Shown here piece after piece: positions 40,388 through 54,340 of a stretch of DNA of 64,000 nucleotides. This DNA is from Octopus vulgaris (Eukaryota). The position numbers were made by a program, and so were the translations under genes. The notes beneath the pieces were generated by a model that was not told the DNA's origin, ran no database searches, and worked only from the letters and a program-made list of their open reading frames with translations. The stretch lies in NCBI GenBank assembly GCA_951406725.2, contig OX597827.1, forward strand, positions 11,470,001 through 11,534,000. Direction: 5' to 3'. Every line of letters starts with the position of its first letter. The first letter of the stretch is position 1.

Positions 40388-41133
40388 GTATGTATGCTGG
40401 GAAAAAAATGTATGCTTGGCTGAATACCCCCTCTGAACGTAGAAACAAAAACATGCACGTGCTTAGGTGCACAAATTCATGTGCATACGAGTGCACATAT
40501 ACATATATATATATATATATTATATATATATATATATATGCATTTGCAGACATCCGGGCAGTTAAAGGCATACTGAGGTCATATAGGCTCCCTGGTGAAG
40601 ACATACAGACAAGACAAACACACATATTTGTTTGGCTAGTCAAAGACACTCACACATACACACAGATACAAAAGCACACACATACTTGGATATCAGAACA
40701 TACACATACACAAACACACATACATACATGCATACATACATGCATACATACATGCATACATACATACATACCAACATGCATACTTACATGCATGTATACA
40801 TAGAGACATAGATACATACATACTTACATACACACATATATGAATGCGTACATACATACATACATATACAAACATACATACATATACACACGTACATACG
40901 TATATTCACACATACATACACATATACATAAATGTATAGAGACAGACAGACAGACATATATTGTTGGTGCCCCAGCACGGCCACAGCCTTCGGATTTAAA
41001 CGTATAAAAGAATAAAATTATACATACATACACACACACACATACATACATACATACATACATAGATGCATGCATTCATACACATACACACACCACATAC
41101 ATACAAACATACATAGATGCATTCATACATACG

Positions 41134-41167
<34 letters not shown>

Positions 41168-43095
41168 CATACATACATACATACACACACACACATACAT
41201 ACATACATACATACATACATAGATGCATACATACATACATACATACATACATAAATACATACATACATAGATGCATGCATTCATACACATACACACACCA
41301 CATACATACAAACATACATAGATGCATTCATACATACATACATACATACATACATACACACACACACATACATACATACATAGATGCATGCATACATACA
41401 TACATACATACATACATACATACATACATACATAGATGCATACATACATACATAAATACATACATACATACATACATACATAGATGCATGCATTCATACA
41501 CATACACACACCACTTACATACAAACATACATAGATGCATACATACATACATACACACATACATACATACATAGATGCATGCATTCATACACATACACAC
41601 ACCACTTACATACAAACATACATAGATGCATACGTACATACATACATACATACATACATAGATGCATGCATACATACACATACACACACCACTTACATAC
41701 AAACATACATAGATGCATACGTACATACATACATACATACATACATACATACATACATACATACATAGATGCATGCATACATACACATACACACACTACT
41801 TACATACAAACATACATAGATGCATACATACATACATACACACACCACATACATACATACATACAGACAGACAGACAGACAGACAGACACAAATGTGAAT
41901 CCATGGATATAAATATATAAAATGACACATGGGTTTGTCTTTAAATACCGACTGGTAAAAATGAAAGTTTTGCTTGGGCGCAACATCATACATACAGCAA
42001 ATACAAGACACATACGCATGCTTGGACATCATGCCACACGCAAACACACACATACACTTGTGCATACATGCACGTAAATGCGTACAATGACACACTAGCT
42101 TGCTGGTAATGCGGAAAAACAAAAAGAAAAAAACAAGATACAGGCTTTCTTGGAGGACGGACGGACGCCCACCTCCAGCCATCATTCACAGAAATATAGA
42201 TACAGGCGTGTGTTCGTTCATGCATGTAAATACATAACAATGACACACACGGCTTGGTTTTGCTAATACTTAATGCCAAAAATACACTTCTGCTTGGACA
42301 TACATACGCATAATAGTAAAACGTAGGCGTGTGCACAGACACACACACACACACACACACACAAACATGCACACTTGCTTGTATAACCTAGTGGTCACAT
42401 GGACATGCACTCACATATAGACAGACACTGATACATACACATATACATACACACATTCATACACACATCCATACACACATCCATACACACATGCATACAC
42501 ACATACATACACACATACATACACGCATACATGCACACATATATACGCACATATACATACACACTCAAGCACCTACACACACACACATACACAAACATGC
42601 ACACACACACACACACATATCCTCGCACAAAAGCACATGTACACATACACATGCATGCACACACACATACATGCACACGTAGGCACACAAACACTGACAG
42701 TCACACACACACACCTCACACATTCACATACATACCCTGACATAGACACACACAGACACATATATATATACATACACACACACACCTCACACATTCACAT
42801 ACATACAGTGACAGACACATAGACACACACACACACATTCACATACATACACTGACATAGACACACACAGACACATATATATATATATATATACATACAC
42901 CAGCATAAACACATACACATTCTTATACTCACACACACACACATACACACACACATATTCACACACACGCATACACACACACACACTCACACACACATAC
43001 GCACACACATACACACACACATACTCACACGCATACACACACACATACACACACACACACACATACACACACACATACTCACACACATACATACA
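39380..43095. repeat. Compound microsatellite region of (TA)n, (ACAT)n and (CA)n; higher-order unit at about 41020-41850
   Basis: agatgcatgcattcatacacatacacacacc...acaaacatacatagatgc recurs about 6 times. Confidence 0.9.
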
Positions 43096-43377
43096 CTTTT
43101 TTTATTCTTTTTTTTTATTCTGTTTTGGATAATATTTCACCCCATTCAAAGTAGATTTTTCTATTTTGTCAATAATTCTACGGTTTTAATATTTGTCCCT
43201 CTGAAACTAAATGATTTATGATTCTTGTCTTTCGAAACAAAATTACTATTTTGTTTGTGTGTGTTTTTTTTTTCTTTCTTAAAAGCCAAATAAAGTAAAA
43301 AAAAAAGGGAAAATTGGTTGATAACTTATTTTTTTTACTTGTTTTTGGTTCCAGTAAACTGATGAACTGGTTATTAA

Positions 43378-43773
43378 TCATCATCATCGCCATTGTCATC
43401 ACTGTCCTAATCGCCGTCGTCATCATCATTGTCATTATCCTCATCATCAGCATCATCATCATCATCGTCGTTGTTGTCGTCGTTGTCATCATCAGCATCA
43501 GCATCATCGTCGTCGTTGTCATCATCATCGTCATACTCATCATCATCATCATCATCGTCGTCGTCGTCGTCGTCGTCATCATCCTCATCATCATCATCAT
43601 CATCCTCAGCGTCATCGTCATCGTCATCACCATCATCGTCATCATCATCATCGTCATCATCATCATCGTCGTCGTCGTCGTCATCATCATCATCTTCATC
43701 ATCATCATCAGCATCATCGTCATCATCGTCATCATCATCATCATCGTCATCATCATCATCATCATCGTCATTG

Positions 43774-43825
<52 letters not shown>

Positions 43826-44099
43826 AATTGTCATGCTCGTTATTGTTCACGTCGCTGTAGTCGTCGTCAATTTTGTCATTGTCATTGGTTTTGTCGTCAT
43901 TATCCTCATCGCCATCTTCATCATCATTACCATCACTGTCATTGTCATCATCATCATCATCATTATGATTGTGACTATCATCATGTTCTCCCTCATCATC
44001 ATCATCACCATCATCATCACCACTACCACCACCTCCACCATCACCACCACCATCACAACCGCCATCACCACTGTTGTCGTCATCATCACCATCATCAAT

Positions 44100-44151
<52 letters not shown>

Positions 44152-44221
44152 CTATCATCATCATTGACATCACCACCACCACTACCATCACAACCGACAT
44201 CACCACTGTTGTCATCATCAC

Positions 44222-44259
<38 letters not shown>

Positions 44260-44460
44260 CTATCATCATCACCACTGCCACCACCACCACCATCATCACC
44301 AGTAGCTCTGTATCAATAAAATAGATTATAGTTCATTGTTTTAATATAACGCATGTAAAGGTGTTTATCTGGTGTTTCTGAACTATGTGTGTCCTACCAC
44401 CACCACCTCCACCACCACCACCACCACCACCACCGCCACCATCACCACCACCACCACCAT
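43378..44460. repeat. Degenerate (CAT/CGT/CAC)n trinucleotide array, about 1.1 kb
   Basis: Direct inspection; yields poly-D, poly-M, poly-I and poly-S pseudo-ORFs. Confidence 0.95.
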
Positions 44461-44862
44461 CTAGCACGTGTCTGTGTTTATCTGTCGAAATAACATTCAC
44501 TTTTGGGAAAATGATAGGTTAGGGTTTTATTTGGTGGTTCTAAACACGTTTTATTGAGCAGAAGAAAGTTTGTTTTTGTTTTTTTTCTTCTATAATTTGA
44601 TGCCTTTCTATGTTCCAATCAACAAAATCAGAAGATAACTTGCCATCGAGGTTTAGCAATATCACAATTTATGAGTTTGCAAGTGTCTTCTCCCCGAAAA
44701 ATTTTATAATAAATAAATAAATAATTTTATTATTTCTTTGGCTCAAATTATTAAGACGCAGGTTGACTAAGCAAAGAGCTGATAATTCATAAAACATCAC
44801 TTTTCTAGCTTGTTAGCTCGGTCCTCATATTTAAGAATTATTATTATTATTATTGTCAATAA

Positions 44863-45311
44863 TGTGGCGAGCTGGCAGAGACATTAGCACTCCAGGTGAA
44901 ATGCTTAGTGGCATTTTCATCTGGCATTACGTTCTGAGTTCAAATTCCACCGAGGTTGACTTTGCCTTTCATCCTTTCAGGGTTGAAAAATTAAGTACAA
45001 GTTGTGTACTGGAGTCAATCTAATTGACTGGTCCCCTCCCCACCAAAATTTCAGGCCTTGTGCCTATAGTAGAAAGGATTATTATTATTATTGTTGATAA
45101 TGTGGCCAGCTAGCAGAGAAGTTAGCACACCAGATAAAATGCTTAGTGGTATTTTGTTGGCCTCTATATTCTGGGTTCAGATTCCACCAAGGTAGATTGT
45201 GTCTTTGATCCTTTCAGGTTGATAAACTAAGAACTAGTTGAGCACTGGGGTTCAATGTAAATGATGGACTCCATCCCCTGAAATTGCTGGCCTTGTGCCA
45301 AAACTTGAAAC

Positions 45312-45312
<1 letters not shown>
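44863..45312 (+). mobile_element. Two tandem older family B SINEs separated by (TTA)n
   Basis: Two ggcgagctggcaga-like heads at about 44866 and 45104. Confidence 0.75.
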
Positions 45313-45355
<43 letters not shown>

Positions 45356-45356
<1 letters not shown>

Positions 45357-45795
45357 CTTCCTCTCTTTTTCTCTTTCTCTTTCAAATTTGCTTCCATTTC
45401 TTGCCGAGTGTCTTCCCGACTCCTAGGGCAAAGAAACTCATAGTATACATTGGTAGGCCATTAAACTAAACTCACTAGTTCGTTCATTTTTTTTTTTTTG
45501 TTTTTGATAGAAATAAAGTTAAATTAAAATACATGGGTAGTAATAGTTCTCACATCGACAATGCTCTTCTCAATACGTGTGATGTACCAGTTAAGACAAT
45601 CTTTTGCACTTCTTGCAGGGATGGTAAGCCAGGGATCATTCTCATATAATTTTCGGTTCCCTTCTTGATCATTCCTAGTGCTCCTTCGATCACTGGTATT
45701 GTAACCGCCTTGAGATGCCACATTTTCTCAATTTCAATGAGCAAGTCTTTATATTTTCTGAGCTTGTCAAATTCTTTCGCCGAGATATTATGATT
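45356..45795 (-). mobile_element. 3' end of an R4/Dong-like non-LTR retrotransposon
   Basis: KEFDKLRKYKDLLIEIEKMWHLKAVTIPVIEGALG...QKIVLTGTSHVLRRALSM*; flanked by (AAT)n. Confidence 0.78.
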
Positions 45796-46099
45796 ATCAT
45801 TATTATCATTATTATTATTACTACTATTATTATTGGTGAAGTAGGTAGTGAGTTGACAGTACCATTAGCACATTAGACAAACAGCTTGGTGGCATTTCTT
45901 CTAGTGCTTTACAGTCAACATTCTAAGTTCAAGTTCTATCAAATTCAACTTTGCCTTTTGTCCTTCTGGGCTTCATTAAAATAAGTCCCGGTCTATTGGG
46001 GGATGATGTCATCAAATAATCCCCACCCACTAAATTTGCTGGCCTCGTGCCAAAATTTGAAACTATTAATTTCGATGGATTAGCATAAATGGAAGTATG

Positions 46100-46346
46100 G
46101 AAGACAAAATACCTATTTCTTTACTACAATAAAGGGGCTAAACACAGAGAGGACAAACAAGAACAGACAAAGGGATTAAGTCGATTACATCGACCACAGT
46201 GCATAACTGGTACTTAATTTATCAACCCCGAAAGGATGAAAGGCAAAGTCGACCTTGATGGAATTTGAACTCAGAACGTAACGGAAGACAAAATACTACT
46301 AAGCATTTCGCCCGGTGTGCTAACGTTTCTGCCAGCTCACCGCCTT
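46100..46346 (-). mobile_element. SINE family B with the tail-to-body junction
   Basis: Minus strand ends gtagtaaagaaataggtattttgtc. Confidence 0.85.
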
Positions 46347-46888
46347 ATGACTGCCTCATCTTGTCAGACGATAGCTGTCTCACATTAACCTGATCATTCT
46401 GATTTACTTTCATCCCTCCATGTGTGCATTCACTCCATGCATCCATTGCCATAACACTTTATAAAATACAAAAACAGATCAACAAATGAAATGATTGCGA
46501 GACATTTGTATGTCATACAATGAAAGTGACAAGAGCTTTTAAAACACTTTTGCCACTCTTTCGGTTGCCGTAAAAGGTTGCAGTGACAAACAATGCAAGG
46601 TGACATATATCACATATGCACATACATATATGCATGCGTACATACATGCATGCATGTGTGTAGACATATGCACACACACACACACACATACAAACAAGCA
46701 TACATGCATACATACGTACATGCAAGCATACATACATACATACATACATACATACATACATACATACATACATACATACATACATACATACATACATACA
46801 TACATACATACATTCATACATTCATACATTCATACATTCATACATACATACATACATACATACATACATACATACATACATACATACA

Positions 46889-46920
<32 letters not shown>

Positions 46921-47070
46921 CATATATAAATGTGCAGGTGTGACTTTCTGGTTGAGCAGTTTGCTTCTCTATACATGGATGGTTTCAGTTGAGTTGATAT
47001 GGTAGACAGAAACTGAAAGAAGTCTCTTATATATATACATACATATATACATATATACATACATAAATAG

Positions 47071-47110
<40 letters not shown>

Positions 47111-47115
<5 letters not shown>

Positions 47116-47277
47116 TTTTTTCTCTCCTTGTTTTTTTTCTGTGTATCTTTCTGTCGAAGAGTGTAGGCTCGATACGTAAAAGACTTTTTCTATTTCTATT
47201 CTTGAGCGCCACACTAATACATTTGTTTGTTTGTACTCCACCTGCCTTCGTCTTTTGTTTATTTTCGTAAACCTTCC

Positions 47278-47282
<5 letters not shown>
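47111..47282 (+). mobile_element. (TA)n-flanked element with decayed hammerhead-like motif (47147-47182)
   Basis: cttt CTGTCGA a gagt-gtag-gctc GATAC GTA aaag. Confidence 0.55.
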
Positions 47283-47321
<39 letters not shown>

Positions 47322-47330
47322 ATGTATATA

Positions 47331-47384
<54 letters not shown>

Positions 47385-47432
47385 TGTGTGTATGTGTGTG
47401 TATGTGTGTGTATGTGCGTGTGTGTGTGTATG

Positions 47433-47483
<51 letters not shown>

Positions 47484-47514
47484 ATATATATATGCCTATA
47501 TGTATGCATGTATA

Positions 47515-47840
47515 TAGATCGCTAGCCACTACACATTCTTTATTTTCTCTCCTTGTTTCTTTCTGTGTTCCTCCTATCCTGATGTAATCTCCAGGGATAC
47601 AGGCATCCAGCAACAGGACCTTCGTAATGCTATGATGGACCGTGAAGTCTGGCGTAGCATAGTAAATTCCATTGTCTTGACCACGGTCGAACAATAACGA
47701 TGATGATGTGTTCCTTTCTGAGGAGGAGCCTCGGCTCAAAATGTTAAAGACTTTTTCACTTCCCGAACGTTAAACTAATACATCTGTTTGTTGTCTACAC
47801 CACCTGTCTTCGTCTTTTGTTTTTTTTCGTGAATTCTCCC
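47515..47840 (+). mobile_element. Hammerhead-like element (motif 47714-47749) interrupted by an RTE-like LINE 3' end (47573-47706)
   Basis: TSD tgtgttcct at 47564-47572 and 47707-47715; insert encodes [30 protein letters not shown] followed by (GAT)n. Confidence 0.75.
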
Positions 47841-47863
47841 TATATACATATATGAAATGTTCT

Positions 47864-47920
<57 letters not shown>

Positions 47921-48158
47921 AATATATAATGTTCTAAACATCATGCAAGCAACGTCCTTCAGTTCTATTCCTCTATGACAAGTGCAGCCATGGGGAAATA
48001 TTAAGAAGGACATTTGGCCACAACAAATCTGCTCCAACAGATGCCATTTGCCCCATGCATGGAAAAGTGGACATTGAAATGATGATAATGATATATACAT
48101 CTATACATACATACATGCATATATCTGTACACACACATATATATATTTATATGTATAT

Positions 48159-48203
<45 letters not shown>

Positions 48204-48516
48204 AATACATACATTCATACATATATATATGTATGCGTTCATAAATATTGAGTGCGTGTTTGCTTTGACGACTTTGTATATATTGCTTATTATCCATATT
48301 TACATATTTATATATTGCCTCTGTCCATGTATACACTCACACGCACATGTATATATATTATTAATAGATACTTTTGTAATGCTTTATGAATATGCAACAA
48401 TATCATGAAGTACTTAACACATTGGTCGATTATGTAGACTATTTATGCATACGTACATACATATATATGCATACATTCATACATATACATATACATGCAT
48501 ACATACACACATACAC

Positions 48517-48547
<31 letters not shown>

Positions 48548-49836
48548 TATATATAAATATATTATATATATATATATACATATACATATATTTTTATATA
48601 TACATGTATATGTTATATATACATATCTGTAAGTATATATATATCTATATATATACATATATATATACATATATAAGTATTTCACTCTTTTATTGTGGAA
48701 ATCATTTAACTGTGGCCATACTGGAGCACTAAAGGGTTCCTAGTCGAAGAAATTGACCTCAGGACTTATTCTTTGTAAGCCTAATATTTATTCTTTCAGT
48801 CTCTTTTGGCAAACTGCTAAGTAACAGCGGAACAAATTGTCAAGCAACAGTGGGAAACAAACGCAGATACACTCACATAAATATACATACATATATCATC
48901 ATCATCATCATCATCATCGTTTAACGTCCGTTTTCCATGCTAGCATGGGTTGGACGGTTCAACTGGGGTCTGGGAAGCCAGAAGGCTGTGCCAGGCCCAG
49001 TCTGATCTGGCAGTGTTTCTACAGCTGGATGCCCTTCCTAATGCCAACCACTCTGTGAGTGTAGTGGGTGCTTTTTACGTGCCACCTTAGCAGAATAAAT
49101 GATTACATCAACCCCAGTGTTACACTGGTACCTAATTTATCAACCCCAAGAGGATGTTAGGCAAAGTCGACCTCAGAAGAATTTGAACTCAGGACATAAA
49201 GACAGATGAAATACTGCTAAGCATTTTGATCAGCATGCTAATGATTCTGCCAATTCACTGCCTTAATAATAATAATAATAATAATAATGAAGTTATTGCA
49301 TACCAAGCTTAGGTGCACTGAAACTCATCAGAAAATGGTGAAAAAAAGGTTGCAGAAAATAGTAATGGATCGAGTATAAAATGTATGACCCAAAATATGT
49401 GCACAATAGAAAGTAAAAAAAACAGAATCATAGAAAAATAAACAGTAAGTGTGTTACAGAGAGGAGAGGATGCATAGGCACATGAGGAGTAGTGTTGATA
49501 AATTTCAGGATGAATGGAATTTTTGAAGGATGCAGTGACCAAACAGCTAACAATTAGCAAGAGAAGATTAGTGAGTTAGTTCTCTCCGTGTCTTGCGACA
49601 CATAAGACCACAACATGGTCTCTCCAGTCAGCTCTGTTTTCTATGAATGTTCTGATCTCATTCTAGCTTCTCTATCCTTCTTGCTTCCGTTTCTTGTCAA
49701 TGTGGTTTTATGGAGCCCACATGTAAGTGAGTGTAAAAAAAGTGTTTCTGGAAGTCGTGGATGCCGCACTGATCTTTTAAAAATAGTTTTGCTTTTATTT
49801 TATTTTATAAACTTACCCAAGGTTAATAGAGATATG

Positions 49837-50245
49837 GGATCTTTTTGGTTTGAACGGCAGTTTTTTAAAATAATTTCCACGTAACTAAACACTTTTAAAC
49901 TTCGTATACTGGTAGAATGTGTTTATAAAACATCTTTTTTCTCTTGGCTTTATTGAGAAAATTCTATAGTTTGTAAGATATTTGTTGTTCTTTTTTTTAT
50001 TCAATTTCTGCAATTTCAACCAATCAATGACGTCTATTGAGGTGGAAAAACATTCTGTGCCGTATGAATATGTCCCTCGTTTAAGAAACAGATTGGGTTT
50101 ATTTACAATTCTAAGATACCCTTCCCCCCACCTCTAACCCTAAAACAGATTGAAATGCAATAGATCGATACTAGGGTCATAATTATGGGTGACAATTTCA
50201 TATGATACCTCTAGAAAAAAACTGCCATTCAAACTGCGAAGATCC
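49837..50245. mobile_element. Merlin-like MITE, opposite orientation to the 22771 copy
   Basis: GGATC...GATCC termini; TSD gagatatg at 49829-49836 and 50246-50253. Confidence 0.8.
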
Positions 50246-50875
50246 GAGATATGAAATTTAAAATGGTGCCAAGGAGTTTTAGTAGCAAGTGTGAGATATA
50301 ATCAATCATTTTCTTTGATCAAGGAGTATAGAAAAGGTTAGAAACCAATAGATAGACCCTAGAAAATACACCGGCATAGTTGCATCCAGTGAATGAAAGA
50401 AGTAAAATAATTAAAGAAAGAAGGAAATCTTGAAATCATTCAAAATCGATCAAATCTAATAGCAGATTATGAAAGAAAATAATTATATTTAAAATTCTAA
50501 TTAAAGTAAAGCATATTCGTAATAAGCAGCCATTAGTTTATTTAATGCTGTTGCGTGTGTGTTGGGGGAATAAAACTAGCAAATAGCTTTTAACGTATTT
50601 CTAAGTAAAGGGAAACAACTCTGCAACCAAATCTCATAGAATTTGATAAAATCAAAATTCTGATAAAATTACCGAATTATGATATCGCACTCTCTGATAT
50701 CGCACTCTATGATATCTAACACTACATCAAGCACTTTGATTGCTTCATTTGACAGATAACAGAATATGATTTGTAATTGCATCCTTACAAATCCTTATGA
50801 GTATTTTTACTAAGTATAAATTTGTATAAATTTGTCTGTAGAGACACAACTCACTCTCTCTTTCTCTCTCCGTCC

Positions 50876-50906
<31 letters not shown>

Positions 50907-50908
<2 letters not shown>

Positions 50909-51193
50909 GAGGCGCGATGGTCCAGTGGTTAGGGCAGCGGACTCGCGGTTTCGATTCCCAGACCTGGCGTTGTATGTGTTTATTGAGCGAAAACACCTAA
51001 AGCTCCACGAGGCTTCGGCAGGGGGTGGTGCCGATCCCTGCTGTACTCTTTTGCCATAACTTTCTCTCACTCTTACTTCTGTTGGCCTGCTCGCTTAGCC
51101 AGCGGGGTGGCGTCATTTGAAGGCTAAAACAATGCGAAGCGCATTGTGACCAGCGATGTGTAGCAACATCTGATAGCCTGGTCGGTCACAGTG
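50907..51193 (+). mobile_element. SINE family C2
   Basis: tRNA-like head shared with C1; tail matches 21432-21738. Confidence 0.85.
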
Positions 51194-51213
51194 ACTAGTG
51201 ATATATATATATA

Positions 51214-51401
51214 CTTTATTTAAAAGCAACAGAAATTTAACAAAAGCTGTTACTCGGAGTTTCACGTTCCCGTTCGTCGGACAGTTTTGTTAAAATAGAA
51301 CCGAAATATCTTGGTTCTATTTTAACAAAACTGTCCGACGAACGGGAACGTGAAACTCCGAGTAACAGCTTTTGTTGAATTTCTGCTGCTTTTAAATAAA
51401 G
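51214..51401. repeat. Near-perfect palindrome (about 89-bp arms, 10-nt loop) in a (TA)n-flanked element
   Basis: 51214-51302 is approximately the reverse complement of 51313-51401. Confidence 0.92.
51331..51368 (+). ncRNA. Minimal hammerhead ribozyme motif with U4C core variant (mirror copy on minus strand at 51247-51284)
   Basis: ctgt CCGACGA acg-ggaa-cgt GAAAC tc-c-ga GTA acag. Confidence 0.7.
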
Positions 51402-51486
51402 CATTTTACTCTACCTTTGGTATTCGAGTACTCTTTTTTCCACCTTGTTTCACATTTATGTGTTTACTCCGGTACATATATATATA

Positions 51487-51521
<35 letters not shown>

Positions 51522-52212
51522 GTAAAAAAACACAAACTGGGACAAGAACGCAAAACATTTAGAAGACGATACAAAAAACACAGACGGGACATTCGAAGCC
51601 TTCAATCTTCAGTCAAGAACCGGATCATCCTCGCAATTTCGGCTGATTAATCTTGAAAGTTGAAGAAGATGGTTATTTTTGTATTTTGTCGATGGCGAAC
51701 CATAAGCTAAATGTGTTCTTTTTAGTTATTACTATATTTTGGCTCTATCAAATCGTAAGAGACAGTAGGCTCCCCTAAGAGAGAGAGAGAGAGAGCGATA
51801 GATGGTCAATAGCAGCTTGACAATCAGCAAAATGTACAGACATTGACGCATTTATATTCAAATGTCTTTAGACGAGTACGCACACACACACACACACACA
51901 CAAATACACCCGTGCACACAACTTTCTTATAACTATATTTGGTATGATTCCAGCGAGTATTCATGTATGCGTATGTGTGCGTGTGTCTGCTACTTTAATT
52001 TCTATAAATCTGCAGTATTGGAATTGTTTAAGGTATACAAGAGTTATGGCCCCTTACTTAATTGATTTTTGTTTTCAGCCATACTTCCTTTCTCTCTCTT
52101 TCTTTGTCTCTTTCTCCCTCTCTCCAACATTGATTGTGTCCCCTCTTTGAAGATTCACATATATGCATGGGCGCACGCGCGCGCATGCATATGCACACAC
52201 GGCCGTTTTTTC

Positions 52213-52526
52213 GGATCTTTTTTTTTGTTATCCAGCTCTGTTTACGACTACAGTTTATGGCTACAGGGTATCTTTTTTCTCTTAAATAATTGTTGTTGAC
52301 AAAGTTCCGGAGAGATTGTATTCACCTCAATAGACGTCACTGATTGGTTGAAATTGCCGAAATGCAAGAAATTAAACAACAAATAGTTTAAAAACTACAG
52401 AATTTTCTCAAGAAAGCCAAGAGAAAAATATGTTTTATAAACACATTCTACCAGTATACGAAGTTTAAAAGTGTTTAGTTACCAAGAAATTATTTTAAAA
52501 ATCTGCCAGTCAAAGCGAAAAGATCC
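52213..52526. mobile_element. Merlin-like MITE relative (related fragment at about 8400-8598)
   Basis: GGATC/GATCC termini; near-TSD (c)gtttttc; internal gacgtcactgattggttgaaattgc shared with the 22771 copy. Confidence 0.65.
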
Positions 52527-53031
52527 CGTTTTTCTAACAAGTCATTGAAGGCGGCTGTTAGTTACTAATTTCTCGTAGCTGAAATGCTTTTAGTGATACT
52601 ATTCCTCAATTAGTAACATTGTGTACTGTGAGGAATTCAGTGCAACGGTGGGGCTGCACTGGTACTCAGTTCTCAGCCCTCTTCTATTTATCAGAATCCT
52701 TCTTCACAAAACAAAGGGGTTTAAGACTGTCAATCAATGGGAACCAATGGAGATGACTTACTTTTTGTTGCTGCATCTGTTGTAGAATTGGGAAAGAAAT
52801 CCCAGATACAGAAACAAAATCCCAGAATCAAGAAAACTTACCAAAAATGAAGAATTAGTAAATTAGAAAGAAGATTAGACATTCCTATAATCAGCGAAAT
52901 GGTCATATGCAATATGCAGAGTGATGTTAGACATCCTATTTAATAGACTCACTGTAGACATTAGACATGTGAAAGACGAGCAAAATGTCCCCGTGCAATG
53001 GACGGTGCTGAGTTGTCAAACATTTAAACCA

Positions 53032-53282
53032 AATCGACTTAATCCGTTTGTTTGTCCTTGTTTGTCCTCTCTGTGTTTAGCCCCTTGTGGGTAGTAAAGA
53101 AATAGGTATTTCGTCTGCCGCTGCGTTCTGAGTTCAAATTCCGTCGAGGTCGACTTTGCCTTTCATCCTTTCGGGGGATCGATAAATTAAGTACCAGTTA
53201 CGCACTGGGGTCGATGTAATCGACTTAATACCTATGTCTGTCCCCTCTATGTTTAGCTCCTTGTGGGTAATAAAGAAATAGG
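53032..53282 (+). mobile_element. Circularly permuted family B SINE (about 1.3 units, no head)
   Basis: Starts in the 3' part and crosses the aaagaaata|ggtattt junction. Confidence 0.85.
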
Positions 53283-53715
53283 AATCTGACACACAGACAC
53301 AGGGAGTTAGTGAAGTGTGTGACTGACTTTTGTAAACTAACACACAGATACATAGACACAGAGACATGCGCACACAGATAGACCGAAACTCAGATGCACA
53401 GATACACAAACGCATGTAAGCTGAAAGTGACAAGCTTTTGTTATAGGCGAACACACAGACACAGGTAGTCACAGTGTAACTGGGTCTTGGTGAATGACTT
53501 TCTCAAGGAAGTAGGAAGTGAGGGGACGCCGTCATAAACTCTCTCTCTCTCTTTTATCGGTCGCGTTATTCTTTGCTCCGCAGTGAAAGAATGTTTTTGT
53601 GCTGAAAATTGTGAAAATTTGCTGTTTTGGTCATCGAGACCACTTCTTTTCTGCAGTTGCAGCAGAGTTTTGCTGTTCTTTCCCTCTTTGTTTCAAGGGT
53701 GAAGCGACGAAAAAC

Positions 53716-54340
53716 ATGAATTTGCCACCAATTTCTTCTGAGTCAGAGGAAAACTTTGAAAATTTGTTTGAAGGCATGAAGGCGAATATGTGGAAGGAGG
53801 AAGGTAAAAGTATAGAGGCGAACATATGAGGGAGGAGGAAGGTAAAAGTATAAAGGCGAATATGAGGGAGGAGGAAGGTAAAAGTATAGAGGCGAATACG
53901 AGGGAGGAGGAAGGTAAAAGTATAGAGGCGAATATGAGGGAGGGGGAAGGTAAAAGTATAGAGGCGAATATGTGGAAGGAGAAAGGTAAGAGTATAGAGG
54001 CGTCTCACACGCGTGTTACAAAAGCAGACGACAAGATGTCTAGCGAGTCTACTACACAAGAGCAAAAGTCAAAAATAAATTTTGCGAGTGCAGCAACTCG
54101 CCCCTGTGAAAACATAGTCATTAACAAAGAAGAATTAAAGAAATACCAAGGTTTACTAAAAAAAGAAGGTGATAATGTGAAGTTGCTCCCTCCCAGTGAA
54201 TTAATTTACGCGACGGAGAGAAAAACTGTGATGTATAAAACATATAATGTAAAAAATTTTTTAAAAAAACCGACTTGGTGCCGAGGGAAGCGATAGAAAA
54301 ATGCTTGAGGCCCGATATGGCAACAAACAAGGTATATAAC
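53716..54340 (+). pseudogene. Frameshifted ORF with six 12-aa repeats (MREEEGKSIEAN); probable 5' fragment of a LINE ORF1
   Basis: ATG at 53716, 2-nt insertion near 53823, 36-bp tandem unit, NFASAATRP motif resembling the SYAxAA motif of L1/Tx1-type ORF1; truncated near 54340. Confidence 0.4.

Noticed and set aside
51585-51630. Minus-strand CTGAAGA...gaaggcttcGAAtgtc as another hammerhead
   Set aside because: GAAA is incomplete and stem I is unconvincing, although the element is (TA)n-adjacent
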